This document shows positions 10,833 through 24,247 of a stretch of DNA of 42,971 nucleotides, one piece after another; the first letter of the stretch is position 1; every line of letters starts with the position of its first letter. The DNA comes from Neovahlkampfia damariscottae (Eukaryota). Made by a program: the position numbers and the translations under genes. The stretch lies in NCBI GenBank assembly GCA_016618085.1, contig JABLTG010000162.1, positions 1 to 42,971 on the forward strand, given 5' to 3'. The notes beneath the pieces are model-generated. The model saw only the letters and a list, made by a program, of their open reading frames with translations. It was not told the origin of the DNA and searched no databases.

Positions 10833-12606
10833 TTATTTTTTATCACTTCCACTCCCATTATTACCATTTCCACCATTATTTCCTAAATGTTGATATTGTT
10901 GTTGTTGACTATATTGCTGTTGTTGGTTATATTGACCATATTGTTGTGATAAAGTAGGTTGTTGATATTTTGGTTTTTGAGGACTTTGTTGTGGATAAGG
11001 TTGTTGATAAACACCACCACCACCACCACCACCACCACCATATTGTTGTTGTAATTGTTGTTGTTGTTTTTGATAATAAAGAACTTGTTGTTGAGTATAT
11101 GGATTATTTGGATTATTATATGGTTGTTGGTGTTGTTGTTGTTGGTGTTGTTGTTGTTGGTGTTGTTGTTGTTGTGGTTGTGGATATAACAAAGGATTAA
11201 ATTGATTATTTCCACTTCCATTTTTCACAATTGATGTATTTGAACCACCACCACCACCATTACTTATTGTATTATTATTATTTATCAAATTATTTCCAGT
11301 TCCTGAATCCAATTGTAACAATGGTTGTGAATTATTATTATTTAAAGGTTTAGTTGTTACAGGTGGTAACATTTGAGTGTAATTTGAATTATTACTTCCA
11401 TCTGTAGTCTTTTGATATTCTAAAGATGATTTTTTATGTTGTGTTTCTAAATGTTGTAATATTGCATTTTGTTGATTTTTAAAAGAATCACTTTGTGTTT
11501 GTGTTTGAGGTGAATTAGATAAATTTGTCAAGTTTGGTGATGAATTTGAAACTTTTGGAAGTGGTGGTAAATCAAATGAATCCAATTTCTTTTTATCCTT
11601 TGAGTTATTTGATGTATAAGTTAAAATCATTTGTTTTGTTTTTTCAGCACTTGGTCTTTTTTCAGGAGTAACATCCAACAAAATAAGAACCAAATCAAAC
11701 CAGAAACTATCATAATTCTATTTCAATTTCTTTTAGTTTTTAATAATGAAAAAAACCTTCTCAATTTCTTGTTTCATTTCTTTTAAACAATTTGGATTTT
11801 GATAAAGTTCCATAAAAAAGACTCTTTCTTTTCCAGTGAGCATTTTGTAAAGAATAGCACCAAATGAGAACATATCAACTGAAAATGAATACATTTGTCG
11901 AAAAACTTCAGGTGCACAATATGCTTGAGTTCCAACAACTTTTTTTTAATTTTTAAGTTTCTTACCAGATGTTTTAAAATTTTCCATTCCAACTTTTGTT
12001 GATAATCCAAAATCACCTATTTTTTTTAATAAACTATTGAGATTTACCAATTTTTAATGAAGTCTTCATGTTTTCTTGAGTTATGAATACATTTGCTGGT
12101 TTTAAATCTCGATGCATAACAAAATTCTGATGAAGATATGACATACAAGCAAGAATTTGAAGAGAATAATCAATGATTTCCTTTGAAAAAATAAGTAGGT
12201 CAATAAACTTACATTTTCGTTCAAGCGAAGACCAGATTTATACATATTTCCAATATAGCCTTCCAAATCACCTTTTGAATAGAATGGCATAACAACATTA
12301 ACTTTTTCAATTTAGAAAAATAAAAAGCAAACCACAAAGTTGTAGGTTATTATTTGTAGAGGTTAAAAATAGTTTTTTGTAATCTATGAGATTTTCATGT
12401 CGAAGATTATGGATATTAAATATTTCTGATATAGCTTGATTTGCTGCTTTTAAGTCAGAACATATAACTTGTTTTATTGCAAGAATTTCTCCATCTTTTA
12501 AATCTTTAACTTTATAGACAGAACCAAAGGTGCCCTTGCCTACTTGTTGTAATATTTGATACTTCAATTATTTTTTTAAAAATAGATTTTTTTTTACTTC
12601 ATCCAT
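10833..12606 (-). CDS. Ser/Thr protein kinase (NEK-like) with Q/N/G low-complexity tail; several introns
   Basis: GKGTFGSV, AIKQ, HRDLKPAN, IGDFG and YCAPE motifs across spliced exons. Confidence 0.9.
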
Positions 12607-12714
12607 CACCTTTCAACTTTTAGAAGAAAAAGTTGATTTGTTTCTTATTGGACAAATCCGAGATATTTCAATTGGAGGAAAATTAAAAAAGAAAAAGGTC
12701 AATAAAAAAATAAT

Positions 12715-15092
12715 TTAAATTTTATTGACTAATTTTGAAATTAAATCAATTTTAGCAGCAAGTTCATCAATTTTTTCATAAACTTTTTTTTGTTTATCTG
12801 ATTTGCTTTCTTTTGAAATACCAATTGATTTCAAACTTTCTTCTTTAATTCTTTCTAGAATTTCCTTTTCATGTCTTTTTGCTTCTTCTTCCAAGTACTT
12901 GTCTTCTTCTAAAGCTGTTATATCAGTAGTTTTTGAAGCTTCAGCAATTTCTTTGACGTCAATAGTACCATCTTTATCTCTATCAAAACGGTCCATAATT
13001 CTTGCAACTAATTCAAAAGAAGCTCCTTTTCCAAGTGATTTTTTTAAATCTTGAATAGTCAATTGAGCTCCTTCATTGGCTTCTTGATAAGCTGAAAGTA
13101 TATCAAGTATTTTATGATCACCTTGATCAAATTTATTTTCTTTTGGAATTGATTTTGAATAAATAGTTTCTGGATCTTCACCAAATATAGTTTCTGAAAT
13201 ATTGTCTTTTACTTTTCCAAGTTTACCCCAAAGAAAATTGAAAATTTCTAGTACTATTGGTTCATTACCAATAGATTGATCTTCAATAACATCTGAAAAT
13301 GTATCTTTTGTTACAGCAAGAAACATATTTAAAACTAAGAAAAACCCAATAATAACAAATAAAATATATAAAATAGCAGCTAAATATCTATTTGCATTTC
13401 TCAAATCACCATAATCAATTTCACCCAATAAGATTCTAAATAAAGTCAGTAAACTGTAGAAAATATCTTTGAATCCCTCCAATTGAAATCCAAATGACAT
13501 ATAATAAGCCCAACCAAAAGTTAAAAGTGTATAAAATGTAATAAAAGCAGTAGCTATAATTTTTCCAAAACCAGTAATAAAAGTACGAACTAAAATATTA
13601 TTTTCTTCAGATATTTCCATATATCTGAATAATATTAAAATTGTAAACAAAGCAATAACACCCATAACTTGTGTATCAAGTGAATAAACTAATGCTATTT
13701 CATCTAAATGTGGATATTTTGTATCTGTAATCTAAAAAAAGGAGGATTAGTAATTGAAACAAAAACGAACTTGAAATTTTGATCTATCTGGATGTGACCA
13801 CCAAACTAATTTCAAAATAAATGAAACTGTAAATAGTCCATAATTGATAGCTGAAATGAGATTCTGAAAATTAAAAAAGAAATCTTCTTACCCAAGGACT
13901 GATGATATAATTAATCCAATGACTAGCATGACCATCTTTATAATCAACATAAGCCAAGTAAAGACCTTCAAAATATTGATAAATATAAAAAGCAACAAAT
14001 AAAGGTAAAAGTACTGCAAGTGAGAATTGAATATAATCAACAGTTGTTCTTAAAACTTCTAATTTGAATATACGATAATCCCAAGAAGGTACAGCTTGTC
14101 CTCCTGCTGTCCATTCAACTGAATTTTTGATTGAAACAAAGTAATTCAAATTCGCATTGTAAACAAAGTATTCAATAAGAACAATTCTTGTAGCGATATC
14201 AACGAAGTAATTACTTTGTAAGTCTTGGAAAAACTTTGCACCAACAGCAGAACTTTCATTAAAAGAAACAAAAGCAGCATGACCAGAGCAAGGATAAGTA
14301 GTCAATCTTCCGAACCCTATGAAAGGAACACCACCACCATTCTCTTCAAAACAGTTCAAAAAAAAAAAAAAAAAAACCTTCACATGTTCCATATTTGTAC
14401 ATTGTTCCTGGATTTTCTACTGTCGGGTAACTTGCTGTTCCTCCGACAGGACTTGATGAGATGTATCTTTCATCAAAAGGCGGATAACAAACTTGTTCAA
14501 ATTGGTCATAAACTGAAGTTCCATTTACAACACCAAAATTTGGCAACATGTTAACACATGTTCCTTCTTTGTTACCACCGACTCTTATTTGTCTGAATCT
14601 CAATGAACCAAATAACTTATTGTGAGTTGATAAATATCGTCTTTCGTTTGCCGGTAAAGGTTGTCCGGAAATATCAACGTCATTGAAAAGAGAAGTAGCA
14701 ATGTTATCGTGTACCCACTGGAAAAATTAAAAAAATTGAAATTCTTACATCCCAAAATTCAGCATGGACACCAATTTCATAAAAATTTTTTGTTACATCT
14801 TGGTTTGGAGAAGGTCTTCTTAAAATGTCAAACTTTAATGTATAATTCAACCAATATTGATCACCTTTTCAGATGTTATATTTAATGTTTTTTTTTTTTT
14901 ACCTGTAACAATGAAAGTGGAAAAAAGAAAATAATTTATCGTGAGTAAAAGAAAAATGACGTAAAATACAATTCCAAAATAAGTGCGTTTTCTTTGTTGT
15001 ACTTTCATTGTTGTGTATAACATCAACTCCAAGTCGACTTCATTTTGGTCAAAAGGTTTATCTGTTGGTCGTAGTTTCTTTGGTTGTTTCAT
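12715..15092 (-). CDS. Polycystin-2 (TRPP/PKD2)-family cation channel with C-terminal EF-hand; several introns
   Basis: LRFRQIRV extracellular TOP-domain motif, YNANLNYF, pore TLFRILLGE, LNMFLAV and EF-hand DRDKDGTID. Confidence 0.88.
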
Positions 15093-15277
15093 CACAACAA
15101 CTTTTTTTAACCGTTTTGCCACGTGTACCAATGAAAACAAAGGTACATGACTCAACTTTTATATTTTTCATTTTCAATAATTTTAATAAAATTCAAATAA
15201 AAAAGAACAAATTTATTTTTAGGTTTATCATTGGAAGATTTCATTGGTTGAATAAAACAGAAAAAGGAACAAAGTTG

Positions 15278-16083
15278 ATGTCAACAAACGAATATACTGT
15301 CGTCGTAATAGGTGGAGGAGGTGTGGGAAAAACAGTAAGGAATATATTTTATTTAATTTGATAGTCTTTGACAGTTCAACTTACCGAGAATCGTTTTGAT
15401 TCAGAGTACAACCCAACAATTGGTTTGAAAACAAAAAAAAAAAACTAAAATTTTAAAGAGGATACATATACCAAACAAATGAAAATCGATGACGTGAAAT
15501 ACTCTCTGAATATTTTAGATACAGGTATTTTCATTTTATTTTTCTTAACGACAATTTCTTAAAAAGCTGGTCAAGAAGAATATGCGATTTTGAGAGATCA
15601 ATACTGGCGTAAAATAAAAATAAAAATCTAATATAATAACAGGCTCTGGAGATGGATTCTTAATTGTATACGACATTACAAACAAAAACTCGTTTTTAGA
15701 AATTGAAGCTTTTTATGAATTGATCAAGAAAGTATTATTTGATTAATTAAATTTTATACACATAGGCTCAAGATACAGAATTATATCCAATTGTTTTATG
15801 TGGAAATAAGTCAGATTTGATGGACAAACGTCAAGTTGCAAAAACAACAGCTGAAGATTATACCAAAAAAAAAGAATGGCCTTATTTTGAAACATCTGCT
15901 AAAAACAGAGAAAATGTTGAAGAATCTTTCACTGAATTAGTCAAATTCATTGCTAAATATAAAAAAGCAATTGAAGCACAAAATCCAAAAGGAAATGATT
16001 CAAAAAAATCAAATGGAAAAGAAACAAAAGAATCTAGTGGTGGTGGTTTATTTGGTGGTTTATTCAAAAAAAAAAAAAAATAA
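15278..16083 (+). CDS. Ras-family small GTPase without a CAAX box; 5 introns
   Basis: GGGGVGKT, YNPTIED, DTAGQEEY, GNKSD and ETSAK. Ends GLFGGLFKKKKK*. Confidence 0.92.
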
Positions 16084-16157
16084 AAACCTTTTGAATTTTT
16101 TAAACTTTCTATTGGTCTAAATTTCCACATTCAATTTTTTTTCAATTCATAAAAATC

Positions 16158-17143
16158 ATGTCAGGTTTTGATCCAAAAGAATTTCAAAAACAATTAAAGA
16201 AATTTCAAGAAACAACAAAGAAGTTTGGTGGCAGTGGAGGTGGAAAAGGAGGTGGTCTCGGTTTATTAGCAGTTGCCGGAGTTGCTGTTTTAGGATATTC
16301 TTTATATTCCTCAGTTTACAGAGGTTTGTTATTTTTATTAAAAATATTAATTTTTTTTTTTGAAAAATAGTTGAAGGTGGTTTCCGTGCAATAAAATTCA
16401 ATCGTATAACAGGAGGTAAAAAAAAAAAAAAAAAAAAATTAAAAAAAAACAAAAAAGTTGGTGAAAAAGTATATGGAGAAGGTATTAATTTTGTTGTACC
16501 ATTCCTTGAAAAACCTATTATATATGATGTTAGATCACGTCCTGAAGTTATTACTTCATTAACTGGATCAAAAGATCTTCAAATGGTTGATTTAACTGTG
16601 AGAGTTTTATACAAACCAAATGTTCAAAAATTACAAACAATTTACAGAGAACTTGGTATGAATTATGGTGAAAGAGTTTTACCGTCCATTGGAAATGAAG
16701 TTTTAAAATCAGTGGTTGCTCAATTTACGGCTGCTGAATTACTCACTTTACGTTCCGATGTTTCATCAGATATTTCAGCAAGATTAGCGAAAAGATCAAA
16801 AGATTTTGGTATTGATATTACAGATGTTTCAATTATTAATCTTGGTTTTGGTAAAGAATATACAGCTGCTGTTGAACAAAAACAAGTTGCGCAACAAGAT
16901 GCAGGAAAAGCAAAATTTTTAGTTGAAAAAGCATTACAAGAAAAGAAATCAATGATTATTAGAGCTGAAGGGGAAGCGAAAGCAGCAGAATTATTAGGAA
17001 AGGCTTTGACTCAAAATGCTGGATTTTTAGATTTGAAAAGAATTGAATTTAGTGTTGAAATTGCAAATATTATTGCTCACAGTCAAAACAAAGTTATGTT
17101 ACCATCAGATGCTTTATTGTTATCACCTGAAAAAAAAGAATAA
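16158..17143 (+). CDS. PHB2: Prohibitin (PHB2-like); 2 introns
   Basis: GFRAIKFNR, GSKDLQMV, RVLPSIGNEVLKSVVAQF and KQVAQQDA. Confidence 0.9.
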
Positions 17144-17524
17144 AACATTTAAGTTTTTAATGAAACAAAAAAGAACTGACAATCCAAATTATAAGAAGAA
17201 TTCTACAAATTGAGATTTATAATGTTGATCATTTGGATTGTTTGGAAGACGTCAATAAAAATGATTGGTGAATCTTCCAACTGTTCAACAGTCATCAATC
17301 CCAGTACAACGAATACTAAAATGTATGAAGAGATATTTTTACAATCCATCAGATAAACAAATTGTGTATCTCAACAATTATTTTCAATTGTTTCAACTTA
17401 ATTTATTGTGTATTGATCATTTTGTAATTTTGATTGTTGGATTCAAAATATCTTGGGATTCGATAAAAGAATCAATAATGGAAATAATGAAAAAAAACAA
17501 CTTGAATAAAATCCGTAAGATATT

Positions 17525-17962
17525 TTATTTTGAAATAGTTCCGACGATTTCATACCTTTTTTTAAAATATGCTTCCCATTCGTCCAATGTTTTAGTTTCC
17601 TTTTCATTTAAGTCATCATATTTTCCAAAAGGTTTTAAATCTTCTTCTTTCAAAGAACTCTTTGAAAGTGCACGTGTTGCTTCGTGTCCAGCAAAAATGA
17701 AATAACTTCCACCACGTCCATACATTTCTCTTTTGGAAGTGACGTCATATATCTTTCCTTTAATTCCTACAAAAATTGGTGAACCTCCATCTCCATTGAA
17801 AGCTTTTAATTCATCCAATGTGTAAATTCCTGATTCATTTTTTTTTGGTGTTTTTTTTTTCTGTTTCAAAAGATATTGAAGAGTTATGTACAATAAGAAT
17901 AGAGATACAACTGTAACAGTGACAATTAACATAACTTCATCAAAAGTCGAAGGTATTTTCAT
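17525..17962 (-). CDS. Membrane-anchored cytochrome b5-like heme/steroid-binding protein (MAPR/PGRMC family)
   Basis: N-terminal TM helix, then YTLDELKAFNG...GKIYDVT...YGRGGSYFIFAGHEATRAL...YEIVG. Confidence 0.92.
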   Translation of the reverse strand: MKIPSTFDEVMLIVTVTVVSLFLLYITLQYLLKQKKKTPKKNESGIYTLDELKAFNGDGGSPIFVGIKGKIYDVTSKREMYGRGGSYFIFAGHEATRALSKSSLKEEDLKPFGKYDDLNEKETKTLDEWEAYFKKRYEIVGTISK

Positions 17963-18161
17963 TTTTATTTTTTGGTCCAATCAAAATTATTCCGAAGTTG
18001 AACCAGATAAATGTGAATTCTTGTCAGAATTAAATCCACATTTTATGGAATTCAAAAGAGGCAAGACAATCAGATTTCCAAATTGGATGATATCTTCCAA
18101 CGAAGTGAACCATTTCATTTACATGCAATAATCAATTTAAATCAACATTAAAAACAATAAT

Positions 18162-18909
18162 TTATTCTTTAACTTTCACTTTTGATTTGTCATGGACAGT
18201 GATAATGAATGTTTTTCCAGCATCTTCAGGTTTGATGAATCCAAGACGAATTAATGGTTTTTTAACATCCAAAACTTTACCTGCATGAGCAAAGAAGTAA
18301 TCTTCTGGTTTGTATTTTCTTTGTTTACAATATCTATAAAAATTAGTTTTCACAGAATTGTTTTTACGCAGTCACAATTTTTTCCAAGACCATACTGTTG
18401 TTGACTTCCATATCAGCAGAAACAACTTGTCCTTTAATTTTATCTTGAATTTTTAATTTGACTTTGAAAACTTCTTCTTTCGTGACTTCTTTTGATGGGG
18501 TTGGTGTTGAAGTTTTTTGAGTGCTAAATTTATTAAAGATATGAATTTTTTACTTTTCAGATTTAACTGGTTCTGTCATTGTTTTAACATCTTTCTTTGG
18601 TTTCAATTCCAAGTTATAAGTCATGCCAACTTTTCCTAATTGGTTCTTTGAAAAATTTAATTTTTTTTTTCTCACTTCGCTAAGAGTGTTTTCATCTTGA
18701 AGTCCTTTACCATCTAATAAAAACACATAGTCATTTACATTATCACGACCACGAAGAATACAGTAATGAGTTTTAATAGTTTGTACTTTTGTGTCAGGGT
18801 ATATTTTTATAAGACATCTTCTGTTTTTTCCATTAATCTTGTATTGTTAGATTATAAGTTAAGTTACGTTTTCACTTATTTTCAATCCAATTTTCTTTGA
18901 TTGAGACAT
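18162..18909 (-). CDS. Protein with two ubiquitin/SUMO-like domains; 4 introns
   Basis: Spliced product contains TKVQTIKTHYC...FLLDGKGLQDENTLSELG and VLEKIVTAYC...FAHAGKVLDVKKPLIRLG. No C-terminal GG. Confidence 0.6.
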
Positions 18910-19033
18910 TTTCTCAAGTACAAAGTTTTTTATTGGAGGAAAATCTTCATCTCCTGTTATTGTTTATTTTTTAATAAAAACTAAAAATTTAAACTTTTTT
19001 TTCTTTAAAACTTAAGATGATAATTTTTGTCCA

Positions 19034-20931
19034 ATGAATTCTCTTGTTGTTTTGGTAGTTTGTTTTGTTTTGGTGGAGACGAATGGAAATTTAGTTAAAA
19101 ATGGAAATTTTAAAGATGGATTAAATTCATGGGATAAATTACACTCTAAACCAATACCAAAAGAAAACCATGTTCAATTTCCACTGAAGAAAAAAATAGA
19201 AAATATTTTAATTCAATCTATTTATAAAAATGAACAAAATGAACCTCTTCAAAAAAATAATAATCCATTAGTTATCAAATTTTCTCATCAAATTTTAGCT
19301 GAAACAAGTGTGGATTTTGATATTTTTCAATATGTAAATATTCGATTAGTAAATGGTTCTTATCTTCCAATTTGGAATGTTGCACCGAAAAAAACTCATA
19401 AAACATGGGAAACAGATTGTGTATTGGTACCTTATCAACTGAGAATTCAAAATATTTTAGTTGTTGTTGGTATAGCTGAAAAGAAATTTCTCAATTTTCA
19501 CAGGCGAAGATAATCGTAAAGAAAATTCTGGAATGGTGCTTGTGAAGGATGTAGAAATTTTTCAGTTAAAAACGGATTCAGTGATGGAGTTGCAAGATAA
19601 ATTTTCCAAATCTTGCAATCGAATTACAACATCAATGAGAAGTGTAGATAACTATAAAGTTGAAGCTAATAAATACAAATCAATATCCAAAATAGTTTGG
19701 TTATTTCATGAATTTTTAACCATCAAAAGGAAAACTTATATGATGTTACATTGTGTGCAGCAATAAGTGTTGACAGATTGGAATATTTAAAAATGAACGA
19801 AAGAGCATTTCATGGACCTATTTCAGTGGCAATATATATTCATGATTTGAAAGATATTTTAGTGATCGATGAATTTTGGAAGAAAAATGAAAATTTCAAA
19901 AATCATGTTTCATTTCATTTTGTTTATGCTCAAAATGATCATATTGAAAACCCAAGGAAATTAAAAGAATTATCGGAATCTTTTCCGATAAATTTCTTGA
20001 GAAATATTGCTATAAAGTATTCAAAAACAGAATTATTCCTTTATGTTGATGTTGATTTCATCGTTTCGGAAAATTTATTTGAAGACACAAGAACAAAAGA
20101 GTTTTCGTAAATAATTGAAAGAATTTAAATATTTTGTAGGAAAATAATGAGATCCAGAGAGAGAAATGTTCTGATTCTTCCTGCTTATTATGGAAAATAC
20201 GCAAAGAACCGAAATATATTGATTGATCAGATCCAAAAAAAAAGTAACAAAAAACATCATTCAAACATTAAAATAGAATCACAAAAATGTGGATTTGCTT
20301 CACATAAAATCACTAATTTTGAAAGATGGGAATCTAATTCTATTTTTAGTGGTGATGATGAATTCTTTCCATCTCTTTTACCAACAAGAGTCGGAGCGTC
20401 ACATCATCCATTTGAACCTTACTACATTGCACCAAAATCAATACCATTGTATTTTTCATCATATTTTTCACTTATTCATTTTTTAGATATTCTGAGAGAT
20501 ACATTGGTTGTGGACAAGATAAAATTCAACAATGTGAAAATACGTATCTTTCAAATTATCAATTTTTTGTTTGGAGGAAACATTTTATTGTACATGCAGA
20601 TTTAGGGATTAAAACGAAGTCTTTGTGTCTACATTTTCCTCCATTGAGATACTTTTATCATGCAATGCTGGCACATTCATGGATGGCAAGAGATGAATTA
20701 AAAAATGGATGGATGGATGTATCAAATGATAGATTTGAAACAGTTTCAGGGATTGACAAAGAAGCTCGAAGAAAATTCATTTTGAAAGAGTTTAGAGTTT
20801 ACAAAGAAAACGTAAAATCATACATTAGAGTTGAAACTGCTTACATTGCTGTCTTCATTGCTACTATGACAGTGTTGATTTATTTGATGTTCTTATACTT
20901 CAAACGAAAAAGAACTTCCATCCAAGTATGA
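19034..20931 (+). CDS. Glycosyltransferase family 49 (LARGE/B4GAT1-like) with N-terminal CBM-like domain and C-terminal TM; several introns
   Basis: VTL...SVDRL, GPISVAIY, FPINFLRNIA, DVDF, FEPY and GQDK motifs, plus a signal peptide and NLVKNGNF. Confidence 0.82.
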
Positions 20932-21083
20932 AAAATTACAAACTTTTCATTTTTCATCAAAAAAAAACTCTTTTTCTTTTGTTGAATTTTTCAGTTTAAT
21001 TCTTTTGGGATATTTAGTAGTTTTTTCAGAAATTTGAATTGTGTTATAAATTCGTTTTGTATTTCATTCTTATTGGATAAAAA

Positions 21084-23625
21084 ATGTCTAAATTGTTGGA
21101 AGAGTACTTCACCTACGAAGAAGAAGAAGAAACTCCAATATTGGAAGAACAACATTTACAATTTATGGTAACAGAAAGTGAAACCCAAATCTCAGAACAA
21201 ACAATAAATTTATTAGAAATGGCAGAAACTCAAAAAAAATTAAAAATGGAACATAAAGCAAGATACAAACATCCAAAACAAACAAATTTAAAAATTGAAT
21301 ACGAAGAAAATATCAACACAAAAAGAGAAAAAAAATTACAAACTGAAACAACATTAGAAAAAGTGGATTTCTCACTCAAAACAAAACAGTATTCACAAAT
21401 GAACTTTGAAGCAATTGGATTTTATTCTGTTAAAAAAGTGTTGATTAATGAAAAATATCACAAATTATTCCAAGAATACAAAGAAGAGTATTTAGCTAAG
21501 TACCAATGGGATATACTTCATGAAATACCTACACTAATTGAAAATCAAGGTGTTTCTGAAATTTCTTATCAACCTTTGAAGAATTTAGATTGTTTAAGAA
21601 GATATTTTCATGGACAATGTATTATTGGTAATTCAATTGTTATCTATGGTGGACAAGATAAAAAAGTAGTTCAAAAAAAAAAAATTAAAGATACAAAAGA
21701 AAGCAACATTGAATGATTTAGTGGTGATCAATGCATCAACAATGGAGATTAAACATATTGATGGTAATTTACGAAAATATGATAAATTCAAGTCAAGGAA
21801 AAATAGTGTGAAATTATCATCTCTATTGAATGCTCAAATTGTTCCTTTTGACGAAACTGACATTTTTATTGTTGGAAATTCAACAAAATCTGGAATGATT
21901 TCTTTTGATTATGTTTCAAATGTCACTGGTGATTTTCAATTTGGAGCTGCCAATGAAAACCAAGGATTTACTCAACCAACAGACAGATTTGAAATGAAGA
22001 TACCAATGCGCACAGGGTTTTCTGTTGCAAAGCATAACCGCAGTGTATTTATTTTTGGTGGGATTTTATTCCAGAGAAAACAAGTTTTCAATGAAATGTA
22101 TTGTGTCACATTTAAATATTCAACTACGAAGAGAAATGGATTCAATTTTCATCAAATCAGTTCTGCATTATCAATATCAAAGATAGATAATGAATATGCA
22201 CCATATCGTTATAACCACGCTACTTCTGTGATCAATGATAAAATGTACATTTTTGGTGGGTCAAATGACAAGAAATTGTGCAATGATTTATTTTGTTATG
22301 ACTTTCAAAATGAAAAATGGTTTGAAATCATTTCATCTTTATCTCCTCAACCTTTGATTCATTCAACTCTGACAACTTTAAGCATGACTTCATTTATTCT
22401 TTATGGAGGCATTTCATCAGAAAATGAAACTTCAAATATCATGTATAAATATGATGTACCAACTAATGAATGGAATATTATGAAAGTTTTATCAAAAAAT
22501 GATGAAGATTTAGAAAATCTTCAAATTCCATTATTTGCAAATGGATCATCTGTTTTTTCAAATAACTTATTCCTCATTGGTGGTTCAGATGGTGAAAATG
22601 TTATTGACAATGCTATTGTTATTAACAAAGTACAAGACCCTGGTAATGATGAATGTCTTTCAAAGTATCTATTCAATGCAAGAAAAGATGAATTTCTTTG
22701 TGATGTTTCATTTTTAGTTCGCGATGTTGATGGAAATGTATTGGAATTAAAAGCTCATAAATGCATCATTGATTGTAGATGCTCATTTATTTCACAAATA
22801 TTAAATGAAAACATTGAAACAAAAGAAATTTCAATTGACTTTTGTTCGGCAGAAATTTTTCAATCATACCTTGATTTTTTATATTCTGGAAAGTTACAAT
22901 TACCAACAAAAACATTAGTTGAACAATTTTTAGATTTCATTAAAAATCACGTTCCTGATTTATATCCAATCATTTCAACTATTTGTACATTGAATGATTC
23001 AATGAATTTAAAAATCAATAGTGAAATATCTGATGCATTAGATGCTGATTTATTTTCACTTCAAGAAAACAAAAAATATTCAGATATCAAAATTAATTTA
23101 GATTCAGAAAATTCAATTGAACTTCATAAGTTATTGCTTTGTCGCAGTAAATACTTCAAAAATATGTTTCAGAGTGGAATGAAAGAATCAGTATCCAATG
23201 AAATTGATTTAGAGGAAATCCAGAAAGATGTGTTTATTGAAGTATTAGAGTATTTGTACACTGATAATGTTAAAATTTCGAATGCAAATTGCGTAAGTTT
23301 TTTTCTTATTTGATTGTTTCCAAAGATTGGTGTTTTGGTTTCCTCTTTGATGTTTGAGTTGACAATTTTGTCTTCAAAATGTCGGTTGGTTGTTGAGAAG
23401 AATTTGATGCCTTCAACAGCTTGTCAATTGACAAATATTGCTGATATTTATGGAGATTTGATTTTGAAGAGAATTTGTATCAAATATATGAAATTTAATT
23501 ATGAAGTTGTAAAACATCTTGATGATTTTCTTGATTTGCATTTGGATGTTCAAAAACAAGTGAAAGAAGGTTACCAAAAATTGAAAGAAAATGAAATGAA
23601 AAAAAATAGAAAAAAATTGAAATAA
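21084..23625 (+). CDS. Kelch-repeat + tandem BTB protein (LZTR1-like architecture); 2 introns
   Basis: Repeated IFGG/LYGG Kelch blades. Two BTB domains: CDVSF...AHKCII..RC and SDIKI...LHKLLLCRSKYF..MFQSGMKES...YLYTD. Confidence 0.88.
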
Positions 23626-23718
23626 AAATTTTGAAGTTCAAATTCCCAAAGAAGTATTGGAACAAGACATGTTGATAATTGTAGTTGAGATGAATACTTT
23701 GTTTACAAAAAGATAAAA

Positions 23719-23837
23719 AGCTTACAACACTCCCGGTTCCCAGGTGGTCTCCCACCCTAGTACTAGGAGAGCCTGTAGGAGCTTAACTTCGCAAATCGGA
23801 CGGGATGCGGTGTATTCTCCTAAGTATGGCCGTAAGC
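23719..23837 (-). rRNA. 5S rRNA (copy 1)
   Basis: 119 nt GCTTACGGCCATAC...GAAGTTAAGC...AGTACTAGGGTGGGAGACC...GTAAGCT followed by an oligo-T run. Confidence 0.97.
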
Positions 23838-24247
23838 GAAAATTAAAATCAACAACACATAGTCATCCAGAATCAAAAAAGAAAAGTGTGATTTTGAAGG
23901 ATTGATATTTTTTGAGAACAAGATTCTTAGATTTTCTTTCAAACGTTTGGTTTAGTTCTTTCAAACTTCCTTTTCAATTTTTTTCGCTCATAAAACAACC
24001 TTCTTGCAAGTATCTTCTTGGTAGTTTTTTTGGCTGAGAACATGATGAATTCAGCATTTTTTTTTTAAAACGAAAATTTATTGGGTTAACCATTTAAGTT
24101 AACAGACGGCTGACATTGCTAACGCTTGCGTATTTAACATCATCTATTACTATTTTGCACCGTTGATTCCAACTTATAAATACATCTTGAGTATTTCGAG
24201 TTTTTGGACCCTGATCTCTTTGATTTCTTTTCTTGTTGCAAAAAGTT

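Noticed and set aside
10883..11221. Poly-N, poly-H and poly-V ORFs
   Set aside because: They are alternative frames and the antisense of the kinase's Q/G trinucleotide repeats.
17144..17524. 146-aa plus-strand ORF (17265-17705) and coding-looking intergenic DNA
   Set aside because: It has a non-ATG start, partly overlaps the cytochrome-b5 gene in antisense and shows no motif or convincing splice model.
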